In this document: positions 1 through 7,983 of the stretch, in pieces | How positions within the stretch are numbered: position 1 is the stretch's first letter | Layout of the letters: every line of letters begins with the position of its first letter | IMG/VR virus record: IMGVR_UViG_3300008952_002488 | Location: 96,001-160,000 of that record | Source of the DNA: a virus | Reading direction: 5' to 3' (one strand) | DNA: 64,000 nt | The notes under the pieces: generated by a model | Databases searched by the model: none | What the model was told of the DNA's origin: nothing | What the model saw: only the letters and a program-made list of their open reading frames with translations | Made by a program: the position numbers and the translations under genes

Positions 1-759
1 AAAGTCAAACGCAAAGGTAAGCGACCCTATGGAATCCGTCCACGTTTATCAAAAAAAGAAACTATAAAACAAAAGATTAGAAGAAAGAAGGCTGCCATAA
101 AGGCAGGTACTTATGATCCTAATAGTGAAGAGAGATTTACATTTCACGACAGCGACTTACGTTATAAACATATAGCCCCAGTGCAAAAAGAAAACACGAC
201 GGCTGCTGTGTTTTTTATTATGGACGTGTCAGGATCTATGACAAAGGCAAAAAAATATCTTGCTCGAAGCTTTTTCTTTCTCCTTTATCAATTTCTAAAT
301 CATCGTTATTCGGCGATAGATGTTATTTTTGTGTCCCATACTGCGGAAGCCAACGAAGTAAACGAGGAACAATTTTTTACACAGGTTCCTAATGGCGGAA
401 CACTTGTCTCTACTGGATTAAAAAAGGTTGAAGAGATTATTGAGAAACGATATCATCCTAATAACTGGAACTTGTATACTTTTTATTGTGGGGATGGAGA
501 CAATTGGCCAATCGACAATAAAGAATCTCTAGCCAACTTTCGAAAGTTAAAAGATATAAACCAAATGATGTGTTACACCGAGATTGGAGAAATGAGAGGA
601 GTAAGTGATGCTTACTTATTTTCAGGTAAAGCAGAAAAGAAATTATGGGACTGGCTAAAGCTGATAGAAGATAAAGACTTTAAGCGAATAAGGATTGTGA
701 ACCATAAGGACATATGGGCTTCCTTTAAAAAATTGTTCGGGGGAAATAATAATGTCTGA
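1..759 (+). CDS. yeaH: YeaH/YhbH (DUF444) vWA-domain protein, 5' truncated by the window edge
   Basis: Frame is open from base 1 (KVKRKGKRPYGIRPRLSKK...FHDSDLRY); contains the family motifs FIMDVSGSM, GGTLVSTG, YHPNNWNLY and DGDNW; lies next to spoVR and prkA. Confidence 0.9.
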   Translation, partial: KVKRKGKRPYGIRPRLSKKETIKQKIRRKKAAIKAGTYDPNSEERFTFHDSDLRYKHIAPVQKENTTAAVFFIMDVSGSMTKAKKYLARSFFFLLYQFLNHRYSAIDVIFVSHTAEANEVNEEQFFTQVPNGGTLVSTGLKKVEEIIEKRYHPNNWNLYTFYCGDGDNWPIDNKESLANFRKLKDINQMMCYTEIGEMRGVSDAYLFSGKAEKKLWDWLKLIEDKDFKRIRIVNHKDIWASFKKLFGGNNNV

Positions 760-2068
760 TTGGTCTATGGAAGAGCTTCATGAATGGGATACAAAGATTT
801 GTGCGCTTGGCCAAGCAATGGATCTTGACTGGTATCCTATTGAGTATGAAATATGTGACTATAAAGAAATGATTGGACATATGGCATACACAGGGCTACC
901 CACACATTATCGCCATTGGTCATATGGAAAAGCATTTGATAGAATCCAGACAGAATACAATTTGGGAATGTCTGGTCTGCCTTATGAGATGATTATTAAT
1001 TCCAACCCGAGCATCTCATATCTCATGACCGAAAATCCGATGGCCACCCACATACTTACAATGGCACATTGTGTCGGTCACAGTGACTTTTTTAAGAACA
1101 ACCGTATGTTTGCTGAGACCGGGGCGGATACCGCCTTAGACCGTTTTAAAGCTGCCGGTAAACGTATCAAAAAATACATGGAAGACCCGAACATTGGTAT
1201 AGACAAAGTAGAGAAAATTATTGATGCCTGTCACGCCATCCAATTTCAAGTTCCGAGAACGCCGGGAGTTAAACGAAGAGATCCCAAAAAACTGAAAAAC
1301 TATTATCAACAACTGATGCTTAATGATAAGACCGGCTATTGGGACAATTTTGATTTAGAAAAAATACCGCTAGAGCCTGATCAAAATGTTCTTAGGTTTA
1401 TTGCTGATCACAATCGATTTCTTGAGAATTGGGAAATAGACATAATCAACATTATTGAGCAGCAATCACGTTATTTTGTTCCACAAGCTTGTACTAAGAT
1501 TATGAATGAGGGTTGGGCTTGTTTTATACATGAAAAAATAGTTAATGCTCTTAGGCTTCCCGATGAATATCACATTTCTTTTATTCGACTACATAACCAA
1601 GTAGTAAGGGCACATCTGGGAAGAATAAACCCCTACCACCTAGGCTTTAAGATGTTTAAATATATTGAGAAACACAAAGGATTTGAAGAATGTATGCGTA
1701 TAAGAGAAACTTGTAACGATGAGACATTTTTAAAAACACATCTTAACTATGATTTATGTAAGGAACTGAATTTGTTTAGTTATGCATTTAATAAGAGCGA
1801 AGGGATCAATAGAATAACTGAAGTTTCTGCGGAAGATACTTGGAGAACTATTCGGGACGACCTAATTAGGAATGTAGGTCTCAATTCTATACCTGTTATA
1901 GTTGTGGAAGAATTGCTACAAGATGGCACACTAATTTTAAAACATGTGCATGATGGAAGGGATCTAGAATTGACAGAAGCAAATAAAGTGTTTGAGCACA
2001 TTAACAATTTGTGGGAAGGTGGGGTAAGATTCACTACAATAATAGAAGACGATCTTTGGGAGTTTTGA
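752..2068 (+). CDS. spoVR: SpoVR/YcgB family protein
   Basis: Motifs GLPTHYRHWSYGK, YEMIINSNP, MAHCVGHSDFFKNN, TKIMNEGWA and NPYHLG. Confidence 0.93.
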   Translation: MSDWSMEELHEWDTKICALGQAMDLDWYPIEYEICDYKEMIGHMAYTGLPTHYRHWSYGKAFDRIQTEYNLGMSGLPYEMIINSNPSISYLMTENPMATHILTMAHCVGHSDFFKNNRMFAETGADTALDRFKAAGKRIKKYMEDPNIGIDKVEKIIDACHAIQFQVPRTPGVKRRDPKKLKNYYQQLMLNDKTGYWDNFDLEKIPLEPDQNVLRFIADHNRFLENWEIDIINIIEQQSRYFVPQACTKIMNEGWACFIHEKIVNALRLPDEYHISFIRLHNQVVRAHLGRINPYHLGFKMFKYIEKHKGFEECMRIRETCNDETFLKTHLNYDLCKELNLFSYAFNKSEGINRITEVSAEDTWRTIRDDLIRNVGLNSIPVIVVEELLQDGTLILKHVHDGRDLELTEANKVFEHINNLWEGGVRFTTIIEDDLWEF

Positions 2069-2071
2069 TAG

Positions 2072-4015
2072 ATGACAAGAAATAACAAATCTGATAAGTT
2101 TCTGAAACTTGTTGGCAAACACCGTGAAAAAAAGAAAAAGAATAAGTTTCGTGGAACATTGTCCGATTATCTTAAAATAATAGAAGAAGACATTGGGGTT
2201 TCTAAACTCGCCCACCGAAGACTATTTGATGCCATCATAAACCATGGCATTACAAAGATGTCAAAATCTTCGGATCGTTGTAATAAACTTTTCAACGGCG
2301 AGAAGATAAGAACATATGATTATTTCCAAAGCAAGTTTTTTGGAATGGAGAGATCTCTAGCAAAGATTATGAGGTTCCTCCGTTCAGCAGCACTGAAGGG
2401 AGAAGAAAGTCGCCAGGTTCTTTTACTGCTGGGCCCAGTTGGTGCTGGCAAGTCTGCACTGATGGAACACATTAAAGGAGCCCTGGAAGAATGTGATCCA
2501 ATGTATCACATTGATGGGTGTCCTGTCCACGAGGAACCCCTCCACCTCATTCCTCGCTCTCTTCGGGAGGAGTTTCAAAAAATATATGGGATTCGCATTG
2601 AGGGGGACTTGTGTCCTGTTTGTAGGTTTAGATTAAAGGAAGAATTTGGCAGCGATTATACATCAATGCCCATTACGCAGTCATCTTTTTCTGTTCGTGG
2701 TAGACGTGGTGTAGGAGTTGTTCCACCAATGGACGCAAATAGTCAGGATGTGACAATTTTGGTCGGCAGCGAAGATATATCCAAATTAGATTTATACCCC
2801 GAAGATGACCCCAGGGTCCTTTCTTTAAACGGGGCGTTTAATGTTGGAAATAGAGGTATCGTAGAGTTCGTTGAAGTCTTTAAAAACGAAATTGAATTCT
2901 TACACACCATGATTACTGCCACTCAAGAGAAAGCTGTTCCTTCGCCAGGAAAAGGTCCCATGATATATTTTGATGGGGTTATCTTGGCGCACTGTAATGA
3001 GGCGGAATGGAACAAGTTTAAGTCAGAAAATACAAATGAAGCTATCTTGGATAGAATAGTTAGAGTAAATGTGCCGTACTGTTTGGAAGTAACTGAAGAA
3101 ATAAAGATTTATGAAAAAATGTTGGGACTATCTGACTTCGATGGTCACATTGCACCGCATACACTTGAGATTGCTTCGATGTTTGCTGTGTTAAGTCGAT
3201 TGCGTCCGTCCAATAAAGTAGATGCTCTTACTAAGATGAAATTATATGATGGTAAAGATGTGATCGAAAAGGGGCATGTAAAGAAAATAGACATTAATGA
3301 CTTGAGAGATGAGGCACGAGATGAAGGGATGACCGGGATCTCTACAAGATTCATCATGAAAGCAATTGATTCGGCATTGTCAGATAGTGAGAAAAATATG
3401 GTAACCCCCATATCCATCCGAGAAACGCTTATAAAGCAAGTCAAAGACCAAATAGTGGTAGAAGACGATAGAAATCGGTACCTTGATTTCCTTGGAAAGA
3501 CCCTTCACGATGAATATTTGAATATCTTAGAGAAAGAAATCACAAAAGCATTCGTTTCTGCCTATGATGAACAGGCAGAAGCCTTATTTAACAACTATCT
3601 GGACCATGCAGAAGCATATGTGAACATGTCCACTGTTAAAGATGCCATCACAAACGAAGAAATAACACCAGATGACAAATTTATGGAGTCAATTGAGGAA
3701 CAAATTGGAATTACTGGTACTTCTAAAGAGAATTTCCGAGTTGATATCACTGCATACATGTTTTCTAAGCTTCGGAGAGGCGAAAAAGTCGATTGGCAGT
3801 CGTATGCGCCACTCAAAGAGGCAATTGAGAGTAAATTGACCTCTTCAGTCAAGCAAATTTCACGAATTGTGACCAAATCCAAGTCTAGAGACAAAAAACA
3901 GCAAGGAAAGTACAATGAAATGGTAAAAACCTTGATTGATGAGTATGGATACGACGAAAACTCAGCAGAAGAGGTCATAAAGTTCGCCGCAAACAACTTA
4001 TGGCGAGATAGTTAG
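2072..4015 (+). CDS. prkA: PrkA/YeaG AAA+ ATPase (annotated serine protein kinase)
   Basis: Walker A GPVGAGKS, Walker B region GNRGIVEFVEVFK, NEAILDRI, GMTGISTRF; 647 aa. Confidence 0.95.
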   Translation: MTRNNKSDKFLKLVGKHREKKKKNKFRGTLSDYLKIIEEDIGVSKLAHRRLFDAIINHGITKMSKSSDRCNKLFNGEKIRTYDYFQSKFFGMERSLAKIMRFLRSAALKGEESRQVLLLLGPVGAGKSALMEHIKGALEECDPMYHIDGCPVHEEPLHLIPRSLREEFQKIYGIRIEGDLCPVCRFRLKEEFGSDYTSMPITQSSFSVRGRRGVGVVPPMDANSQDVTILVGSEDISKLDLYPEDDPRVLSLNGAFNVGNRGIVEFVEVFKNEIEFLHTMITATQEKAVPSPGKGPMIYFDGVILAHCNEAEWNKFKSENTNEAILDRIVRVNVPYCLEVTEEIKIYEKMLGLSDFDGHIAPHTLEIASMFAVLSRLRPSNKVDALTKMKLYDGKDVIEKGHVKKIDINDLRDEARDEGMTGISTRFIMKAIDSALSDSEKNMVTPISIRETLIKQVKDQIVVEDDRNRYLDFLGKTLHDEYLNILEKEITKAFVSAYDEQAEALFNNYLDHAEAYVNMSTVKDAITNEEITPDDKFMESIEEQIGITGTSKENFRVDITAYMFSKLRRGEKVDWQSYAPLKEAIESKLTSSVKQISRIVTKSKSRDKKQQGKYNEMVKTLIDEYGYDENSAEEVIKFAANNLWRDS

Positions 4016-4095
4016 AAAAAAACCCAGTATTTTCAGTACTTTAGCTAAAATAGCCGAAAAAGTCATATTTTTGCCCACTTTTGTCCCTAAAAAAG

Positions 4096-4124
4096 TTGAC
4101 AGACCCCTAATCCATGATACTATA
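4096..4124 (+). promoter_or_regulatory. sigma70-type (early) promoter with extended -10
   Basis: TTGACA 4096-4101, 16-nt spacer, TGA-TACTAT 4115-4123; followed by AAGGGAGAG SD and ATG 4145. Confidence 0.75.
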
Positions 4125-4144
4125 CATATGTAAGGGAGAGAGAT

Positions 4145-5053
4145 ATGGGTCGTACCAACCAATGTCAGGCTTGTGGGGATTGGGGTCACAATCGCCGTGG
4201 CTGCCCAGCAATCAAAGCAGCCCACGCCAGAGTTGAGAGCCTTGGGGAGAAGTACGGCATCGTGCTTTCGGAAGATGAGCGTGCTTACGCTTCCACTTCT
4301 TGGATCACCAAGATCAACGAGGCAGCCAGTGCTGCCGGCAACGCCGAGGACGAAGTTAACTACCGTGAGCGGTGGTATTGGGAAGAGCTTGAAGTGCGCA
4401 AGATTGCCCAGGCTCGCAAGAACAAGCGTGGCCGCACCTGCGGCTTCTGCGGCGAGGGCGGACATAACGCTCGTACCTGCGAACACAAGAAGCAGCACCG
4501 CAAGGACTGCAATGCCATGCAAAGTCTGGCTCACCGAGTTGTCGCTGCCTGCCTGAGCAAAGCAGGTCTCGTTCCCGGCGCTCTGATGCGGCTTCGGGAT
4601 TGGAGCATGGACAAGGATGATTACGAACAAAAGATGTGCATGGTTATGGGCATCAACTGGGAGCGGGTTGCCGACCCTGGTTATGACCACGACCATGGTT
4701 CGCCTCGCCGCTTAGACAGTTGGTTCAAAGGTCCAATCATCAAGGTTCGTAAGCCTGACGGTCAAGAGGGTTACCTTCGGATTCCTCAAAACATCAAGCA
4801 GCAAAGCCACTACAACTACTTTGAGAAGGAACCGGCTCAGTTCGGTTTGGTGAGCGGTGTGGTCGGTGGTCCTGTCAACAAGGACAGCGGCTGGAAGGGT
4901 GACAACGTGACCCTACTCAGCCCCGCTGCCCACGGGGTTTACCACTGGGGTGTCAACAAAGACGACGGCTCGGGCGAGCGAATTGTTGATGCTGACCTTG
5001 AGCCAGAAATCAACAACCTCATCAACCAAGTTTCAAACTGGTCAGAACATTAG
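4145..5053 (+). CDS. Protein with two CCHC zinc knuckles (probable nucleic-acid-binding early protein)
   Basis: CQACGDWGHNRRGC and CGFCGEGGHNARTC both fit C-X2-C-X4-H-X4-C; has its own promoter and SD; visibly GC-richer than its flanks. Confidence 0.8.
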   Translation: MGRTNQCQACGDWGHNRRGCPAIKAAHARVESLGEKYGIVLSEDERAYASTSWITKINEAASAAGNAEDEVNYRERWYWEELEVRKIAQARKNKRGRTCGFCGEGGHNARTCEHKKQHRKDCNAMQSLAHRVVAACLSKAGLVPGALMRLRDWSMDKDDYEQKMCMVMGINWERVADPGYDHDHGSPRRLDSWFKGPIIKVRKPDGQEGYLRIPQNIKQQSHYNYFEKEPAQFGLVSGVVGGPVNKDSGWKGDNVTLLSPAAHGVYHWGVNKDDGSGERIVDADLEPEINNLINQVSNWSEH

Positions 5054-5094
5054 AAAAGGGAATAAAAGCAAAAAGCTAGTTATATATTAATAGA

Positions 5095-5463
5095 ATGAAA
5101 AGCAGTAAAAAAGATAGCGATTTGTTTCAAAAGCTAAAAGAAGCTTTTGATTCACTTGCCCCAATGAAGCAAGATCCTTACCCCAAAGAGGCACTGGCTT
5201 TGGGGACATATGTTCGTGCAATAAGACACGACAAGTTAGGAGTCATTACTGATGCTTTTTATGGGGATCTTGATAAGGACGGGCAAAAGATAATTGTGTA
5301 TACAATATTATTGTTTCCTGGCACTAATCATTTTGGTTCCGCTGCTCATGAGAAATACTATGTAAGTAATGAGTATGAATATGATACAATTGCGTATCTT
5401 ATGCTACCGCCAACAGACCTTGCAAGCTTGACTGCTAAACTTGGGGGAGGGTTATTTTTATGA
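5095..5463 (+). CDS. hypothetical protein (possible SH3/KOW-like fold)
   Basis: ORF track; overlaps next gene via ATGA; upstream CTAGTTAT motif. Confidence 0.6.
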   Translation: MKSSKKDSDLFQKLKEAFDSLAPMKQDPYPKEALALGTYVRAIRHDKLGVITDAFYGDLDKDGQKIIVYTILLFPGTNHFGSAAHEKYYVSNEYEYDTIAYLMLPPTDLASLTAKLGGGLFL

Positions 5464-6227
5464 GAATAAAACCAGCAGTATTACTGTTTGACATGGACGG
5501 AACATTGACAGATGCCAGGCAACCAATCTCAGAAGATGTTGTCAAAGCACTAAGAAATGTCTCCACAGGTGTTAAAAAACACCTTGTTACGGGCTCAGAC
5601 CTAGCCAAGATCGAAGAACAAATTCCACCAAATATTCTTTTGGATATCTTTAGCCGAATATACGCCTGTAACGGGACAAGAGTGTGGAATTGTGATCTCG
5701 ATATGGATGACGAGAATCTGCCTATAGAACCAGAACTAATCCACAAGGTTACTCTAACAGATCATTATTCTGAGGCTGATATTAATCACATTATTAATGT
5801 CCTTCTCAAAACCGCTTACAAGACTCATACCAAAATTAAAACAGGAACATTTGTAGAATGGCGAGACAGTCAAATTAACTTTTCTGTGGTTGGGAGAAAC
5901 TGCACAACCGCCCAGCGAGAAGATTATGTGAAATGGGACAAGAAAAGTGGAGAAAGAGAAAAAATTATAGAACACCTCAGAAAAGAGTTTAAAGGCTGGG
6001 GACTTTCTTTTCGCCTAGGCGGGCAAATTTCCATTGATATCACAAGAGACGGCTGGGACAAAAGTTATGCATTTAAAAATATGACAGAAACGCCAGACCA
6101 GTGTGTATTTTTTGGAGATAGAATTTGCAAAGATGGTAATGATTTTGACATTGCTATGAAGTGCCACAAATACCATCATGTGGAAGGACCTGCTGATTTA
6201 ATTATCCAGCTACAGGAATATGTATGA
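5460..6227 (+). CDS. Eukaryote-type (PMM2/Sec53, HAD-IIB) phosphomannomutase
   Basis: LFDMDGTLT, GTFVEWRDSQINFSVVGR, GGQISIDI, GWDK and FFGD...GND match the PMM family motifs. Confidence 0.88.
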   Translation: MRIKPAVLLFDMDGTLTDARQPISEDVVKALRNVSTGVKKHLVTGSDLAKIEEQIPPNILLDIFSRIYACNGTRVWNCDLDMDDENLPIEPELIHKVTLTDHYSEADINHIINVLLKTAYKTHTKIKTGTFVEWRDSQINFSVVGRNCTTAQREDYVKWDKKSGEREKIIEHLRKEFKGWGLSFRLGGQISIDITRDGWDKSYAFKNMTETPDQCVFFGDRICKDGNDFDIAMKCHKYHHVEGPADLIIQLQEYV

Positions 6228-6443
6228 ATGATTACGGCATTTACGCTACTGGTTGGTATTCTATTAGCCCTATTTTTGCCGCTTGGAATACCGATGTTTA
6301 TCGCTTGGCTGCGATCAAGGCACGGAGAGAAGCAGCGAGAGTTGCTGAAGAAGGTAAAAAACAAAAGCAAATTAACTCTGCAAAATTTGCAGAAGGAACA
6401 ATTTCGATATATGCGTAGCAAGCGTTCACGAAAGGAAAAATAA
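6228..6443 (+). CDS. small membrane protein
   Basis: N-terminal hydrophobic helix followed by a basic tail; abuts both neighbours. Confidence 0.6.
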   Translation: MITAFTLLVGILLALFLPLGIPMFIAWLRSRHGEKQRELLKKVKNKSKLTLQNLQKEQFRYMRSKRSRKEK

Positions 6444-6623
6444 ATGAACTGCTTTCAACTCGAAGTCCGTGGCGTAACCTTTACCATTTGGGCTCCTACC
6501 CTGCGTGAAGCAGTGGAGACCTTTATGATTGATATGGACTTTTTTGAGGTCCCCAAGGAGTTGGTTGCTTGCGAACCAATTGCTACTTTTCCTATGCCTG
6601 AAAGTTGCCCAGGTGGCTTTTGA
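6444..6623 (+). CDS. hypothetical 59-aa protein (below the ORF-track cutoff)
   Basis: ATG 6444 immediately follows TAA; AAGGA upstream; MNCFQLEVRGVTFTIWAPTLREAVE...GGF; fills the gap exactly up to the next ATG. Confidence 0.6.
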   Translation: MNCFQLEVRGVTFTIWAPTLREAVETFMIDMDFFEVPKELVACEPIATFPMPESCPGGF

Positions 6624-7106
6624 ATGCCTTGGTTATTAATAGCTTTATTGGTTGGTTATGGCTATCCGTCTTACTTTAAAGAGGATCAGCGAGCAAACGC
6701 CGCTATTATAATAGACCAAGTAAACAAACTAGATTTAGACCCTCATTATTTTATTGCGATTGCTTGGGTTGAGTCACGAGTAAAAGCTAACAGAGTTTCA
6801 CACACGGGTGATTACGGAATATTTCAGATTAATTATAATTTTTGGGGTAAGAGGTGGGGATATACTTCAAAGAAAAAATTCTTGGTTGATATGTCAAGCC
6901 CTGGTCATGGTGTTGTCGCTGCTGCTGTAGTGTTAAAGGAAATGAAAAAATACAAAGCCTGTAAAGGGTTAAACTTGGCTGCCTGCTATAATGGCGGACC
7001 AGGCTGGCAGAAATCTAAAAATATAAAAAAGATTTTAGAATACGCAGAGAGGGTAAATTGTATTGCTCGTGCGTATAGAAAAAAATTCCCTAACTGGAAG
7101 CAATAA
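6624..7106 (+). CDS. Lytic transglycosylase (SLT domain) with N-terminal signal/anchor
   Basis: Catalytic AIAWVES, GIFQIN and AACYNGGPG motifs. Confidence 0.85.
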   Translation: MPWLLIALLVGYGYPSYFKEDQRANAAIIIDQVNKLDLDPHYFIAIAWVESRVKANRVSHTGDYGIFQINYNFWGKRWGYTSKKKFLVDMSSPGHGVVAAAVVLKEMKKYKACKGLNLAACYNGGPGWQKSKNIKKILEYAERVNCIARAYRKKFPNWKQ

Positions 7107-7111
7107 AAAAC

Positions 7112-7140
7112 TTGACCATCCCCTAATCCGTGCTATTATA
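7112..7140 (+). promoter_or_regulatory. sigma70-type early promoter upstream of a non-coding region
   Basis: TTGACC 7112-7117, 16-nt spacer, TGC-TATTAT; shares CCCCTAATCC with the 4096 promoter. Confidence 0.7.
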
Positions 7141-7141
7141 C

Positions 7142-7281
7142 TGTTGGAGGGAGAGACAGTCATAAACTCAGTGCCGAGCCACGACATTCGCCCTAGGGAT
7201 CTGTAGCGGCGGCACTGACAGATGGAGACGGTTATCATGCTCTCCCTCGGCTCTGAGTTTATGACTGTTTCCTTCTCAACA
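7142..7281 (+). ncRNA. Unknown structured RNA A: long terminal helix closing a multibranch domain
   Basis: 7156-7171 pairs perfectly with 7253-7268 (16 bp); GCCGAG/CTCGGC adds 6 bp; TGTTG/CAACA closes the ends; inner helices ATCTGT/ACAGAT and GGAGA/TCTCC; no + strand ORF in the track. Confidence 0.65.
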
Positions 7282-7294
7282 AGGGAAAGAAATC

Positions 7295-7392
7295 TGAACT
7301 GATCATTTGGATAAGACTTCCCTGACCTGTCTCATCAGCGGGTAAATAAAAGACATAAGATGATGGATTGATTATCCTGATTCGGTTCACCA
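7295..7392 (+). ncRNA. Unknown structured RNA B: bulged long hairpin ending in ACCA
   Basis: TGAACTGATCA/TGATTCGGTTCA and GGATAA/TTATCC helices; inner TGTCT/AGACA with possible CATC/GATG pseudoknot. Confidence 0.45.
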
Positions 7393-7447
7393 CCGGAGCC
7401 TAATTGGAAGGTTGAAAATGGCGGTTCGATTCCGTCCTCCGGTTTCA
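7392..7447 (+). ncRNA. tRNA-like mini-RNA lacking an anticodon arm
   Basis: Acceptor ACCGGAG/CTCCGGT, D-like hairpin CCT-AATTGGA-AGG, T-arm GGCGG-TTCGATT-CCGTC, 3' T-TCA; followed by a T7 run. Confidence 0.6.
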
Positions 7448-7455
7448 TTTTTTTC

Positions 7456-7484
7456 TTGACTTCCTTTGTTTCCATGATAATATA
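7456..7484 (+). promoter_or_regulatory. sigma70-type early promoter
   Basis: TTGACT, 16-nt spacer, TGA-TAATAT; leader TAAGGGGGAGAGATATG is nearly identical to that of the 4145 gene. Confidence 0.75.
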
Positions 7485-7504
7485 CTAATGTAAGGGGGAG
7501 AGAT

Positions 7505-7978
7505 ATGAAGTTAGAAAACGCTCTCAAGAAAGTTCGCAATCGTGCTAAAATTGTAGACCGTGAGGTTTTCATTGAGCAGAATGACTATCACAACAATGGT
7601 CAGGTCAAAGTCTACATTCAGTTTGAAGGCTCCAACCAGCTTCTGTCATTTTGGACCAACAGGGACGGCAGCATTAGTGCTCCCCATGTGAAGCGTGCTG
7701 GTGAAGAGTCAGACCCTCACACGGACTACTTTCCAGGCTGCTTTTATGACAACATTACGCAAGCACTCAACACGCTCGCTCCGCTGCCGCCCAAATACTC
7801 GGTCGGTTCGCTAGTGCGCTTCAAAGATAACAAGCGCAACAATCGTTGGAAGTTGGCAGGCAAGGTTGCCTTGGTGATCCAAGCCGAAGCCGGCGGGAAC
7901 TACAAGGTTCAGTACGATGGTAGCGAAGACCGCTACAACCCCTTCTACTCCCAGCGTGACCTTGAGTTAGTTTCATAA
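7505..7978 (+). CDS. hypothetical early protein with C-terminal SH3/KOW-like segment
   Basis: Strong SD and own promoter; KYSVGSLVRF...GKVALV...YKVQY...DLELV pattern. Confidence 0.7.
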   Translation: MKLENALKKVRNRAKIVDREVFIEQNDYHNNGQVKVYIQFEGSNQLLSFWTNRDGSISAPHVKRAGEESDPHTDYFPGCFYDNITQALNTLAPLPPKYSVGSLVRFKDNKRNNRWKLAGKVALVIQAEAGGNYKVQYDGSEDRYNPFYSQRDLELVS

Positions 7979-7983
7979 AAAAC

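Noticed and set aside
3998-4696. 232-aa minus-strand ORF and 4173-4556 alternate-frame ORF
   Set aside because: Shadows of the GC-rich zinc-knuckle gene, with no motifs or expression signals.
7142-7281. Retron msr-msd (a1/a2 inverted repeats)
   Set aside because: No reverse transcriptase in the window and no long msd hairpin; kept only as an unknown ncRNA.
7310-7345. CTGATGAG on the minus strand, resembling a hammerhead ribozyme core
   Set aside because: No GAAA follows a stem II, and stems I/III could not be built.
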